NCBI GenBank assembly: GCA_009914755.4
Contig: CP068257.2
Coordinates: 16,928,001 to 16,992,000 of the forward strand
Length of the DNA: 64,000 nt
From: the human T2T-CHM13v2.0 reference genome, Homo sapiens
Direction of reading: 5' to 3'
This document shows positions 22,801 through 36,774 of this stretch, piece after piece (within the stretch, counting starts at the first letter, position 1; the number at the start of each line of letters is the position of its first letter). The notes beneath the pieces are model-generated. The model was not told the DNA's origin, searched no databases, and saw only the letters and a program-made list of their open reading frames with translations. Both the position numbers and the translations under genes were made by a program.

Positions 22801-24920
22801 TGGGTGCCTCTGTACTCTCTCCCAAACAGCAATCCTTTCTGCTGTTACAAAATGCAACTATTCCTTTTGGGGACTTCCAAGTCCTTTATGGTCAGTCCAT
22901 ATGTTGTGATTGCACTGACCACAAAGGTGATCATAGGAAAGCGTATAACTGAGGATAGACCAAATAAATTCAGTCTTATGATTTTATCTGGTATAATCAG
23001 AAGAGAGGAAGACTTTTTCACTGGAGATGGCAAGATAGTGGAGTACATATATGGTGTTTCCAGCGACTATTTTTACTACTATATGTAAAGAGACATCTGT
23101 TAATGAAATCAGTAGATCTAAAAGATAATGAAAGACATTGCTGAGGATATTATTTGAGCATCTGGACTTGGTGCTTTCTAAGTCATTCTTCCCTGAATTT
23201 TCAGTTGATTGTGACAAGAGTTCAAATTTGAGTTAAGTTTCCATCGTTTAATCAAGAAAGAGTCTTGATTAATACAGATATAAAGATAAAATAGAAGAGA
23301 AATGAACGGTATCCAAACAGGCTAAAGTGATAGAATAGTGGCTTCATGGCATTGTTTCTGTAAGTAACAGCTGACCAACAATTGTTATGGTTCTATATTA
23401 TTTGTGGTTATACACAAGATAGTTTGAGTTTGGCATTTGGAAAAAGTTTTCCCTTTTACAATTTGAAAAAAGAAAGTATTTATTTAAACACCAAATAGTA
23501 GACTTTATTAAACCATATGACCAACTCACTCATCAACCTCTTTACCTGACCTTTTTAGATAACTTCTCCCTCCCTAATTTTCAGAGCACCCACATTACTT
23601 AAATTGCTGTTGCAAGAACTGATAATTGTGGAGGTTATTGGTTATTGGTTTAGGAAGAGAAACTGAATAAATCTGAGCTGATTATTTCTCCTTCTGCAAA
23701 GTACGTCCTTCTGGTCAATCCTATTTATTCAATAATTGGCTCCCAGCTGAAGTTGAAGATCCTTTCAAAGGAATTTAAAACTTGGAATTAGGGAGAGAAA
23801 ATTATTTGGGGGGTATAGTTGCACTGAAATATCTACATCTTATGTGTTTTTGGTTGCCTTATTCTAATGTGTAGAGAGATAGGTTGAGAAGAATGGAACA
23901 AATTGCAGAGACATCCCAAAGAAAGGCTATGATGACCTCCTTGTTTCCCCACAAGATCTAGGTCTCCAGTTGTATTCCTGAGGCCCTGAATGGGATTTCC
24001 TAAAACACTTCACCATCCTTTTAATAAATTTATTTTTCTGCTTAAGTTTTAGTGAAGTTTATTTTATTTCAACCAAAAATAGTCCTAATCGTAGGACAAT
24101 TTACCATGTGTCAGTAAAGCATAAGATGCAGTAAGCTGATAGATATAAATAGTGGCATAAAAACTCTGTCTCAATAAAAGCATTTGATCAGATTTGTCAT
24201 GATGTTTTTATAAACAAGAGGAGAAATTGGGATGATTTAAATCAGGGACTGTTCTTACCATTTCTGTGACAGTGAGTAAACGATGCTGGTTAATGATGCC
24301 AACTTTTTGATAGTTTACAGCCTTATGTTACTGGGTTGCACTCTCAACTTTGTCTCAACAGTTTTTAGCTTAATAACTTGAGTGAGGATATTGATAGCAC
24401 GTTCATCGAAATCAAACATAACAACAAATGGGAGGTTAGTAGAATTTTTATTTTTTTTAAAAAAATAGCATACTGAACAGTATATTAAAATTTGAGATAA
24501 TTATAAACCCTTTAATTATAACAAAAAAATCCCCAAGACAAATACAAGATAGGAATAGATGAATCTAAATAGCAGAATATGTAAAATAGTATTGATCATT
24601 TTGAATAAAATTAAGCTCACTTACTTCAGCAATATGATAAAACTATTAGAAATGCTCAAGCAGTGTTCAGCACTATTGATAAATGTATTGTGCCCAGGAT
24701 AATGTCATAGTTAGAAGATAAATGAAAAGAGTCTTTAAGTAATAGCCTAATATAGTGGAATATATGTTGAGAATAATCATCTGGTTTATGAATTTGTAGT
24801 AAATATTGCATGTTTAGAACCAACCATTGAAATATTAGGATTGGTTATTGCGATAGTACAAATACTAAAAGAAAGTTGTAGAAGGAAGACCTAAATGTGG
24901 GTAAACTTCGTTAGCTGAAT

Positions 24921-25025
24921 TTTTTTTATTATACTTTAAGTTCTGGGGTACATATGCAGAACGTGCAGGTTTGTTACATAGGTATACGCGTGCCATAGTG
25001 GTTTGCTGCACCCATCAACCTGTTC
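24921..25025 (-). mobile_element. L1PA 3'-terminal ~105 bp, antisense (extremely 5'-truncated insertion)
   Basis: ttttttttattatactttaagttctggggtacatatgcagaacgtgcaggtttgttacataggtatacgcgtgccatagtggtttgctgcacccatcaacctg is the reverse complement of the last ~100 bp of the L1 3' UTR plus poly-A. Confidence 0.8.
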
Positions 25026-25989
25026 ATGTACAAAATGTATAATTACATATCTGGCCTATTTACTCACTTACACCATTGAGCCCTACTATAATGATTGCAA
25101 GTTCATTTTAAAAAACCTAATCTAAAATGACAAAGGGAGAAGATATCAGTAAAATAACATAATACAGCTTTGAAAGATGGGGACATTTAATAGAGGGAGT
25201 AGTTAAAATCTAAGACCTACAAGAAGGATCTACAGGAACAGGCTACACATGGTACCTACCCAATTTTCCCCCTAAATCCCTAAGAGGCTCCAGACTTCAA
25301 CTGTCAGGTGGACCAGTGAGGTGAAATGGAATTAGAATGGAAGACAGACAGGAAATGTGTCAAATTTATGTTAAAAAACAAACCAGTGCATGCCTACGCC
25401 TAGCCACCTCTTCCTCACAGTTGGATGATAATCTTTTCATCTAACCTGAAGATTTTTGCTGTTTTCAATTAATGATTAATGAATTAGTTAATTTAATGCA
25501 TTTGTCAAGCTATGGAGAAGGTGACAGCAGAATGAAAATATAAATCTTGCTGCTATGGGTCTGGACACAAGGCAATTAAATTCAAGTTTACAAACAAAAC
25601 TTTGGAAGCTTTTGCCACCTTCTCTGCAAGAGAGATTGATACATACTATCTCCATTACACAAACTGGAAAAAGGTCTCTCACCTTTTTCTCATTAATGTA
25701 CTATCATTAATGTATTATCATTAATGTACTATCTCTCATTACACAAGCTGGAAAAAGAAACCAGAAGAAGCATTCTTGGAAAATAAAGTTATAACATGGA
25801 AAAAAAGGAACCATGGTGGTGTGCTACGTGCGTATAAACAATATGTGCATAGTCATGATATTCTAAACGTTAATTCAACCATTGATTATGATATTGGTAT
25901 AAAAGAACAATGAAAGTTGGGAAATTGAATTGAAAGTACTTTAAGTTTTAGCTTTTTTTACATCTCCACCTTACCACATACAAATATTT

Positions 25990-27480
25990 TCTCTTCCCCA
26001 TACTCCTAGTATAAACATACTATAAGGTTTGTCCAATACTTATTGTTTAAATAATTATGGCTACCTAAATATGTTTATTACCAAGTTGCTAATGTACTTC
26101 CATTCTTATTTATTGCTTTTGTTTTACTGGTGTTATCAATTTTGCTTATTTGTTTGGTTAATTTCTATTTTCTTATTACTAAATCACTTTCAAACTTTCT
26201 AATGGAATTCTAAAATGGCTAGCTTTTTCTTAGTACAGTTCAAAAATTCATATAGTACATAAATCTATAAGGTATCATTGGTTCCATTTTGTCTTCTTTC
26301 CTTGATGGTTTTCTTCTTGAAGTTTTTCATTATCATGTTCCAGACTGAGCTGGCTGATCTCCAGCTGGCCATACTGCTGTTATTCTGGGACTTCTCTTTC
26401 CCATTTATTGTGGAATTCTTTTTGTGTTTCTTCTCTGTTGGCTAACCATTTCTTGGCTATCATGTATTTGTCTTTCTTGGGTTTGTCTCTAAATTTGGTG
26501 GAGCATAACCTTCAGAATCTTCCTGAGAAAGAGTGCTTAAGAAGTAAACATTCTCAGGACTTACCTGCCTAAAAATGTCTGTACTTTGCCCTTTCCCTTA
26601 ATTGACTTTTTGGATGTGTAAACAGTTCTAGATTGAAAATCATGTAAGCCATTATTTTATTGTCAGCTTCTAGTATTGTTAAAAAACAATCATCCCAGTT
26701 TACATATTCTTGCTTTTTTCTTTATAGAGGTTCCAGTTTTATTTTTTTCCCATTGATTTTGTTAATTTGATAATTTTTTTTCCATTAAACATAAATTTTC
26801 TTAGTTCTGGAAAAAGTTATTTTATTATTCCCTTGCTATCTTTCTCTTCTTAATGTATTCAGTTTCCCTTCCTTTGGTATATCTATAGATACATCTCTTG
26901 ATTTCTCTTCTGTTTTTTTCTTTTATTTTCTCTTCAATTTTCAATTTCTATTTTCGGTGAGAGATTATTTTCTTGAGCTATGCCCCAGATGAAAATATCA
27001 CCCTGTAGTTGTAAATCTTTGCTTTTCTCTCCATATCCTAACTCTGTTGTTTTTGTTGTTTCTTATCTGATTTCATAAAGTCAGGGGCTTTGTCTCCTTT
27101 GTACTATGCCTGTTATATAATATAACTTCAAGAGCCTCAAGAGCCTTTTTTTAAGTAACATTATCTCTTAAATGTATTTCTAAATTTTTTTGGTTAAAAA
27201 TTCCCATTGTCACATTTTTAATTTCCAGTGGCTTTTTCTTTATTCTTTGAATGTTCCTTTTATAGCAACCTGTTGTTTTCCTATGGATAGAATAATACCT
27301 CTTCTCTTTTAAGGATATTATTAGGTTTTATAAGTTTCCCTTTGCTCACTTTACAGTCTAATTCTTTTCCACTGAGTTTATTTTGCTGCCTATTTGATTG
27401 AATTCAATCTTCGTGTTGTGTCCTTTCTCAATATTTGGTGATCTTGGCTTTCTGTTTATATTTAAGAGAAGGGTGAAAAA
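25990..27480 (-). mobile_element. Possible ancient LINE (L1M-type 5'/ORF1 region) remnant, antisense. Tentative.
   Basis: A long pyrimidine-rich, T-rich tract with phrasing typical of antisense old L1 (…ttctttccttgatggttttcttcttgaagtttttcattatcatgttccagactgagctggctgatctccagctgg…). No precise consensus match can be verified by eye. Confidence 0.3.
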
Positions 27481-28225
27481 AAATACATATCTGACATGAG
27501 ACCAGTATGAATGGGCTGGGATTATGGGCTGATAAGCCTAAGGATCACCTGTTGGTAAATGGGCACTCCACTTAGATTCCCTTAAACGTCAGTATCATAT
27601 GTAATTTCTCTCGTACTAGATGTCCATATTTTTCCTGGGTTCTGAAAGCCTTATTTGGAGTTTTCTGAGGGTTCATTTGGGGAAAAAATAAAAACAAAAA
27701 AATGATAAAAAAATAAAACCTTAGATTTTCCCTAGTATATATGTAGACATTCTTAAAGTTCCCTTATCTTTAGTAGATACTTCACCCCTGCAGTTACGGG
27801 GACCTGGTAGCTCTGAGTTTAAGTCTTTATGACTAAATCTCACCAGAGAGTAAATTTCCTGCCTCAGAATAGACTGACTCAATGAGTTGGCTGAAAGTTT
27901 CCAATATTCTATTTGCTGTTTTTGCAGGCTTTTAATCATTAATCTTATTTTTTTTTTCAACCTTACCAGCACCCATTTCTGCAGAAATACTAGTTCTTTT
28001 AGTTCTGAGTTTCTTCTGGGTTTAGAGGTGCATCACTTGGCTTTTTATTGGCAGTAATGTTTCAGATTTGCCTACTCTGATAAGTCAGTATCTTCTCATC
28101 TTCCTAGTTTTCAGCTTCAAAACATTGTTGCTGTTGTTTATTTATTATTATCACTCTATATCCAATTTGCTCAGTCTTCTTTAATGGCTTACCGGAGCTT
28201 TTAGGGGTTTAGTTAAAATGAAATC

Positions 28226-28501
28226 ATGTGTTCTTTTTGCCATTTTTTTATTGTCAGTCTAAGCCTAGAAATACCATTTGACCCAGCCATCCCATTACTG
28301 GGTATATACCCAAAGGATTACACATCATGCTACTATAAAGACACATGCACACGTATGTTTATTGCAGCACTACTCACAGTAGCAAAGACTTGGAACCAAC
28401 CCAAATGTCCAACAATGATAGACTGGATTAAGAAAATGTGGCACATATACACCATTGAATACTATGCAGCCATAAAAATGATGAGTTCATGTCCTTTGTA
28501 G
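28226..28501 (+). pseudogene. L1 ORF2 C-terminal remnant
   Basis: The translation …LEIPFDPAIPLLGIYPKDYTSCYYKDTCTRMFIAALLTVAKTWNQPKCPTMIDWIKKMWHIYTIEYYAAIK matches the C-terminus of L1 ORF2p. Confidence 0.7.
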
Positions 28502-28793
28502 GGACATGGATGAAGCTGGAAACCATCATTCTCAGCAAGCTATCGCAAGGACAAAAAACCAAACACTGCATGTTCTCGCTCATAGGTGGGAACTGAACAA
28601 AGAGAACACGTGGACACACACCGGGGCCTGTTGTGGGGTCGGGGGAGAGGGGAGGGATAGCATTAGGAGATATACCTAATGTAAATGACGAGTTAATGGG
28701 TGCAGCACACCAACATGGCACATGTATACATATGTAACAAACCTGCACGTTGTGCACATGTACCCTAGAACTTAAAGTATAATTTTAAAAAAA
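28265..28793 (+). mobile_element. L1PA (young primate L1) 3' end: ORF2 C-terminus + 3' UTR + poly-A, 5'-truncated
   Basis: ctagaaataccatttgacccagccatcccattactgggtatatacccaaaggattaca…gcaaagacttggaaccaacccaaatgtccaacaatgatagactggattaagaaaatgtggcacatatacaccat…ggggtcgggggagaggggagggatagcattaggagatatacctaatgtaaatgacgagttaatgggtgcagcacaccaacatggcacatgtatacatatgtaacaaacctgcacgttgtgcacatgtaccctagaacttaaagtataatttt + aaaaaaa. Confidence 0.9.
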
Positions 28794-29641
28794 GAATCAA
28801 TAAATACCAAAAATTTGAAAAAAAAAAGAAATTAGAAATTAGGCTTAGGAAAAAACAGCTAAAATGCTTCAAAGTAGCTGTTTCTATAGCTAGAGACTGT
28901 GGTTATAATATTGTCCTTGATTTTATAGAAGTCTTTTAGTAAAATGTGACATCTATTTTCAAATAATATGAACATATTATTTTGATAGAAAAATTAATGA
29001 TTTAATTAAAAAACTGGTAAAAATTGTATTTTTTGAACTTTGCAAGTTGTTTTTTCATTGCAATTTTCAGACATGGTTGGACCAAAAAAAAAAAAACTTT
29101 TTTAAAAACAATTTGCTGGTTACATAAAAATCATTCCCTAATATCAATTTTTGAATAATCACATAAAAAATGAATTAGTTGCAAGGTGGTTCTAACAGAG
29201 GCAGGGATTTAAGCTTGTCAATCCTTCTTCTTCTCGGAATTATATATAGAATTTAGCAAAGAAAATTTTAATAGAATCAAGTATTTTTATTAATTATTGT
29301 GAAGTTTACACCTAGAAAGCTTAGATAATAGGAGCTCAAATCAAGCTTTCCTTGAAGTGTCTGCAGAGATATTGATACTGCATGCTTATAGTCTAATCTG
29401 AGTGTTCCAAAGAATGAAGTAACTGACCAGACTTTGGTTTCTGCATTTGAAAATTAGCAACTCACTGTAGGTTCAATACGTTTTGACAGATTGGCTTTTG
29501 TATTTTTCCCAAATATTAAAACATAGCTTGAAAAATATTGAATGATTGATTCTACTTTTAAAAGCTCAGTTAGTATGAAATGCCAGAGATTGCTGAATGT
29601 CTAAAGACATTCAAATACATTGGGGGATGGAAGAAGCCTTA

Positions 29642-29998
<357 letters not shown>

Positions 29999-30423
29999 AT
30001 AGTAATGTGTGCCCAAAGACTTTTTCATGAGCAAACTAATAAACTAGACAACCAACCAACCAGACAGTCAAAAGACATACGTGTGTTTTATTATTATTAT
30101 TATTATTATTATACTTCAAGGTCTGGGGTACATGTGCAGAATGTGCAGGTTTGTTACATAGGTATACATGTGTCATGGTGGTTTGCTGCACCCATCAACC
30201 TGTTACCTACATTAGGTATTTCTCCTAATGCTATCCCTCCCCTAGCCCCCGACACCCCAACAGGCCCTGATATGTGATGTTCCCCTCCCTGTGTCCATGT
30301 GTTGTCATTGTTCAATTCCCACCTATGATTGAGAACATGTGGTGTTTGGTTTTCTGTTCTTGTGATAGTTTGCTGAGAATGATGCTTTCCAGCTTCATCC
30401 ATGTCCCTGCAAAGGACATGAAT

Positions 30424-30735
30424 TCATCCTTTTTTTATGGCTGCATAGTATTCCATTTTCTTTATCCAGTCTATCATTGATGGACATTTGCATTGGTTCC
30501 AAATCTTTGCTATTGTGAATAGTGCCACAATAAACATATGTGTGCATGTGTCTTTATAATAGAATGATTTATAATCCTTTGGGTATATACCCAGTAATGA
30601 GATTACTGGGTCAAATGGTATTTCTAGTTCTACATCCTTGAGGAATCGCCACACTGTCTTCCACAATGGTTGAATTAATTTACCCTCCCACCAACAGTGT
30701 AAATTGTTCCTATTACTCCACATTCTCTCCAGCAT
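30424..30735 (-). pseudogene. L1 ORF2 C-terminal remnant
   Basis: The translation MLERMWSNRNNLHCWWEGKLIQPLWKTVWRFLKDVELEIPFDPVISLLGIYPKDYKSFYYKDTCTHMFIVALFTIAKIWNQCKCPSMIDWIKKMEYYAAIKKG is L1 ORF2p C-terminus. Confidence 0.75.
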
Positions 30736-30888
30736 CTGTTGTTTCCTGACTTTTTAATGATCACCATTCTGACATGAGATGGTATCTCATTGTGGTTTTG
30801 ATTTGCATTTCTTTAACGACCAGTGATAATGAGCATTTTTTCATATGTTTGTTGGCTGCATAAATGTCTTATTTTGAGAAGTGTCTGT

Positions 30889-31146
30889 TCATATCCTTCG
30901 CCCACTTTTTGATGGGGTTGTTATTTTCTTGTATACTTGTTTAAGTTCTATATAGATTCTGGATATTAGCCCTTTGTCAGATGGATAGATTGCAAAAATT
31001 TTCTCCCATTCTTTAGGTTGCCTGTTCACTCTGATGATAGCTTCTTTTGCTGTGCAGAAGCTCTTTAGTTTAATTAGATCCCATTTATCAATTTTGGCTT
31101 TTGTTTCCATTGCTTTTGGTGTTTTAGTCATGAAGTCTTTGCCCAT
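30889..31146 (-). pseudogene. L1 ORF2 remnant
   Basis: The translation [78 protein letters not shown] matches L1 ORF2p (…[17 protein letters not shown]…QPTEWEKIFA…[28 protein letters not shown]…). Confidence 0.75.
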
Positions 31147-34100
31147 GCCTATGTCCTAAATGGTATTGCCTAAGTTTTCTTCTAGTATTTTTATGGTTTT
31201 AGGACTTATGTTTAAGTCTTTAACCCATGTTGAGTTGATTTTTGTAGAAGATGTAAGGAAGGGGTCCAGTTTCAGTTTTGTGTATATGGCTAGCCAGTTT
31301 TTCCAACACCATTTATTAAACATGTTCTTTTTATTTATAATTTTATTCCTATCTCAGGAAACTGTGCTTCACATTGGCCACACGTTTTTCAGTGCAATGT
31401 GTTATGTGACTTGGTCAATATTGCCTGGTCATTAGTGAGGTCTGCATTTTCTTTTCTTCCTACTCTTCCTACTCTTCCTTCCTTCCTCTTTCTATCCTAC
31501 TTCCTGCTCTTTCTGAACATTGATTCCTTCACTTCCCATCTCTAATATTTAATGGCACAGCAGAAACAGTGAGGCTTTTATTTATATTCTTTTCAGTGAG
31601 GAGAGAAAAAACAATTCCTAACTGAAAACTTAGTAAAGTAGGAGGCCCATATAATAAGTCAAGTCTTCAAGGAATCAGAGAGAACCTAACTAATAATCTG
31701 GCCTTTCCCTTTGTTGGCGGGACCTTGCAATTTGGAAAATGGTGGCCTATTCATTCACTCAGCAAGGGTGAATACAGCACATATATAAGGTAGTGATTAT
31801 TTTAGCATTCATAGCAAATGAATATCTTGATTCCCAATAAATGCCTGGCATCTCATTTTGTATCAGTGAAATATATGTAAGACTACTTCTGAATGATACA
31901 TGATTGACTTTTTATATTTGAAAGAGTGTGGACAAGGGATTTTCTGAACACTTTGTGACATGGTTACTTTTTTAAATGGTAAATTTATGGTAATTTTCAA
32001 AATTGTGAAGAAGTCTAGAAAAAAGTAGCATTGAAATATAAAAGGATGTTCTCATTAAAACTTTGAGAAGCATATCACCTTGATTTAAAATTTAAAATGA
32101 ATTATTTAAAGTATTTCTTCAGACTCACAGACCCTATCCTCTTGCCTAATCTTATTTTAGAATTTCCTGACTTAAGTAGAAAAAGGCTGTATTTTGAACT
32201 CTGTTCAAAGGTTAGGTTTTGAAGACCTATGGTTCTTCAGGTTAAATATGATGATTATACATAATATCTATCAACATTAATTTTAGAATTTGACTTATTT
32301 TTTAAAATCTACATGGATAGATTTACTTTTGTATTGGTAAACAAAGAACCTAATTACATGTGCTTTCCCAAGTCTATGGTTTCCATATTTGATTGTTTCA
32401 TGTGAAAATGCATATTTTAAGATTCATTCTTACGTTCACAGATGTATGTAAAACTATCTTGCTTGAAAATAGTGGGAGTGTCTCAAGGCATAAATGCACG
32501 TTTGATCATCATATTTGGTCTCCATTTTAAAGATGGCATTGCTTTGTATTTACTAAGAAAACACTGTAAATGTTCAGATTATGAAAGAGACAATTTTAGT
32601 TATTTAATTAAATTAACTTCTTTAAAGAGGAAGTGAAGGGTAGATATTTTTAAAATTATTCTTTAAAAATTCTAAAACAGATTTAGCATTTGTTTAGCAT
32701 TTGTTTAAAAATTTCTAATTTTCTCAAAATATATATGAACTGAACATTTTATTAAGAAATTGTTTTAATTACTTAGAATCAGAACAGAATGCTAATAAAC
32801 AATTTACAACCTTAGAATAATATATTTAACATAATTGAGTCTTTTGTTTGTTTGTTGATTTGGTAGCTGTTAACTTTAAGGTGCAGATGGTGAAATAGAC
32901 TCTAACAGTGCTTTATTGCTCACACTGTCTCTAGAGTTTTAAGTTCCAATTGCACCTATAAAAAGGGGTAATTAGTCCTTTCTGTTTTATTGCTGTTAAG
33001 GGAAAAAAAGCTGTTTCAGTTAACTGCCAACTGGATACTATTCTAGATTAAAATCCTGGTATCAGTAACTTCTTCTCCTTTTCAAATTCCAAGTCAAGAG
33101 TTCAAAACATGTGAGAAATGTCACCTTCTTAAATATTACGGTCTATTAATTATGTCCTTGTAGTGAAGTTTATTGGTGCAATTAGTCGACAGGTAGGAAT
33201 ATCAGTCTTTATAAAATTATATGTGGTGGGGACAAGGTTAATACTAATTTCATAGGCATTAAGGATATATTTGAGTGTATTCAGAGATAAGCGAACCATG
33301 ATATTAGTAAAATGACATCTTTTGATTTGTTTAAAAGTTTGAAAATAAGAACATACTCAAAGACTATTTTTCTTCACAAATCCAGTAGTGTTGGCAGATT
33401 GAAAATGTGTAATTATAATTATTTTCCATTTAGACATGTATTATTTTGATAGCAATTTCTCAGTAATATCAAATATAATTACCCAACTCTAGAAAGTAAT
33501 TTCATTTCTCCCTACCTAGACATGTGGCTATAATATAAAAAGAATGATAAACATTTTGTTTTAATCAAAAGTACAAATTAGGTATTCTAGCTTCCAAAAT
33601 AATTTTCAAGCATGTCAAAAAAATTCATGTCAAGTATTAGCTTAATTATTTTTAACTTTAGTGTTTAGTGCCTTATAGGTAAAGTGGCTTAATTCACAGA
33701 GGCTTTGAGATATTTCTGCATAACTTTTACTATTTCAAGATGTGAAAACAAAGAATCCCAAGGAAGATATATAAATTGAAAGGATCAACATGCCACATAA
33801 CCAGTGATGGCATTAGCATTTGTTTGTGAATTATATTAATGGTTATAATTAGGATAATTTGAGCTTTTACATTAGTATAATGACAGTTTACTTGTAATGT
33901 TTTAGTCTATGTTTTAATTCCACCAACTGTGAAATGGAAGAAAATGTCAATACAAAGAACAAAGCAGAATTTGCATAGGAATGGAAACAACTACATCAAG
34001 ACAAATGAATCTTGAATTAGCTCATGAGCTGAATAATGTCATGAGTTTTTGTACTTGTAAATTTATTTTTTAAATCCATATGTAACACGAAAGATTGATA

Positions 34101-34482
34101 AAGACAGCTGCAATTTTAATTCAAATAAGATCAGCTATTTGGCAGAAGAGGCAGAGGAAAGAAAAATAGATACAATGATTTAAGTGAAGTGAGAAAATCA
34201 AAGACAAAGTGAAGCACAATGAAATCATCATGTAAAATACACATTAAATGTAACTTCATTCATTTTAGAAAAAAAGTTTGCTTAGTTTGCTTTTCAATGT
34301 GTCTAGCATAGTTTATATGTATTAAAAAGTTTTCTTAGCTATCCTTCAATGTGGACATAAGAACATTAGAGGTAAAAACAATTTTTGCTTAATTTCCTGT
34401 TTAAGGAAACTTAGTCCTGTTTTTGTGTTGGTCAGCATTATGCTATCAGCACAATCTATTTTAGGCTATGTGCTATTTTGCC

Positions 34483-34783
34483 TTTTTTTTAAGAGACAGA
34501 GTCTTACTCTGTCACCCGGGCCAGAGAGCAGTGGTGTGATTATAGCTTACTGCAGCCTGAAACTCCTGGGCTCAAATCATCCTCTCACCTCCGCTTTCTT
34601 TCTGAGTAGCTAGGACTACAGGTGCATGCCACCACACCTGGCTAATTTTTATTTATTGATTGATTTTTGGTAGAGACTAGCTCTCGCCATGTGGCCCAGG
34701 GAAGTCTCAAACTTCTGGCCTCAAGTAATTGTACCTCAGCCTCCCAAAATGCCGGGATTACAAACATGAGACACCATGCCCAG
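34483..34783 (-). mobile_element. AluJ-like (old, diverged) Alu, antisense
   Basis: Poly-T, then aagagacagagtcttactctgtcacccgggccagagagcagtggtgtgattatagcttactgcagcctgaaactcctgggctcaaatcatcctc…ggactacaggtgcatgccaccacacctggctaattttt…ctcccaaaatgccgggattacaaacatgagacaccatgcccag. Confidence 0.85.
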
Positions 34784-35629
34784 AGTATTTTACCTTTTAT
34801 GACAAAATCTCCCCCTGGCATACTAATTCCTACTTGGTTTCTCTAGTCCTCATTCCCTGTTGTGCTATACCTAACCCAGCAACCACAGCTCAACTGATCA
34901 CATATCTACACTAATTATTAATAGGGGCCATCTACAAGTTGCCTGGATCTTACCTACTATCTATTGACAGATGCCTACAATACCAGCTCATTCACCTACC
35001 AGTGTTTCAGCTGGATTGTTTTCACTGAATCTGCTTGTTGTTGTCTTGTGTGAAAGGTCCGCTACAGTTAAGGGCTGCCTGCCAAGCTGTTCCTGTAGCC
35101 ACTGCTGTTAGGCTCATAAATTGCCTTCTCTGTCTTAGTGGGGGGTTTCCCACTCTATTGTTAAAAGCATGCCCCACTCCGTTGCTTGATGAAATTCAAT
35201 TTTATGGACAATATTCACTGATTCAAAAATAGTTATTGATCTCCTTTCTAAGCAGTTATAGGTGCTAATTATATAATGATGAACAAATAGACATAGTACC
35301 TGCTTACCTGAACCTTCATTTTAGTGAGCTGTATTATACACACATAAACAGATAAGTACATATGTAATTAAGATCTTAATGTCATAAAAAGATAACAACC
35401 TGGATGTTGTAATAAAGAGTATGAGAAATAACTGAATTTGAGAGGGCAGTCTCTGTAATTTAGACTTTTTGAAGAATTATCTATTATTATAATTAATACA
35501 ATTAACAATCATAATTATTATATTATTACTATTATTATTATTACAATATAATAGTTGTGGACATTTTATTGAAGTAAAACTCTAACAAGTGACCTTTATT
35601 GGGAGCTTAAAATATGCTACATACTCTTC

Positions 35630-35840
35630 TAAATGTCTTATATACATTAAATCATTTAATACAGCAAACACATCTATGAGAATGGTGATAATACCTCTGT
35701 TTTTACAAGTGAAGAAACTGCAATACAAAGATGATGTCACCTGCCTAAGGCCACACTGCTAGTGAAAGTTTGAGAGGGAATAGAGCGAAGGTCATCCAGT
35801 GCCAGTGCCCGTATTTTTACCACAATGCTATACCACCTGT
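35630..35840 (-). mobile_element. MIR, antisense
   Basis: ttttacaagtgaagaaactgcaatacaaagatgatgtcacctgcctaaggccacactgctagtgaaag…cccgtatttttaccacaatgctataccacc matches antisense MIR (ttttacagatgaggaaactgaggctcagagaggttaagtgacttgcccaaggtcacacagctagtaagtgg…cccgtgctcttaaccactacgctatactgcc). Confidence 0.5.
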
Positions 35841-36774
35841 CAAGAGGCTGAGACCCAAACCTCACCTGAGTTGAAATTTGCAAAATAATAAGAATTCTGC
35901 CAGTGTACTGTAAATAGAAGGAAAAGCACAGGAAATGACAATCACATGGATTAGATCTGGAACGTAGTGACTATGGGTGTGGGCAGAGTAGCTCAAAGTA
36001 AGGACTAAGGCATGTTCACAGGTAGCAAGGTACTCTTAGCAGGCCATTCACTTGATCCACTTTATGTCTTCCTATTTGATTTGCTTTGCTTTATTTAGCT
36101 TTGCTTAATCATTCCAAGGTTTTGCAGAGAATATTAATTGGGAGGAAGCAAGGACAAATTGTTCAAGAAGAATTAGTGTAGTTTAAGAAAAAAACAGTGA
36201 TGATCTCCACTAGGGTTGTAGCAGCAGAAATGCAGAAAGTTACGCAGAACAGAATTACATTTGAAAGAACAATATATATGTGGGACTATGTGGGAAGCTC
36301 TTATCTAATAGGTACAGATACATTAAAACTAAAATAGAAATCCTTTAGGAACATTAAATATTCTGGATTTTAAGAAAATGGGCCAATACTTTTGCTAACT
36401 GGATGAGTGTGATAGCTAACTAATACAGTTATTAATAGAGGTAACTTCTGAACCTGTTGAGAAAAAAATAAGCAAAATAATAAAAAAGTAAAGACTTATA
36501 AACATATAGATTAAGGAAAACAATAGTATAAAAATATTTTTGTAAATTTTTCTGCATGCTTATATTATAAAATAAACGTTAAAAATATTAAAACTTACAG
36601 ACGTAATTAATAGCAAGAGGTTTAAATAATTAATCATTCCAGATTCACTTGACAGATTTAAATATAATCACAGAATTAGTGGGGGAAAGAAATGGAGTAG
36701 CTGTCACATACTTGAACACTGAGAAAGCATTTTATACAAACTTTAGAAGTTTTACTTGCACAATTAATGCAATA

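Larger units (their letters stand above)
30078..31322 (-). mobile_element. L1PA 3' ~1.25 kb (ORF2 C-terminal part + 3' UTR), antisense. Tail is (TAA/TTA)n at 30078-30110.
   Basis: ttattattattattattattatacttcaaggtctggggtacatgtgcagaatgtgcaggtttgttacataggtatacatgtgtcatggtggtttgctgcacccatcaacctgttacctacattaggtatttctcctaatgctatccctcccc…ccattgatggacatttgcattggttccaaatctttgctattgtgaatagtgccacaataaacatatgtgtgcatgtgtctttataatag…cagtttttccaacaccatttattaaa matches the reverse complement of the L1PA 3' end. Confidence 0.9.

Noticed and set aside
25640-25760. Small local duplication (ctatctc(c)attacacaa(a/g)ctggaaaaag twice, with cattaatgtactat x3 between)
   Set aside because: It is real but tiny and unremarkable slippage-type duplication. 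No structure or function is suggested.
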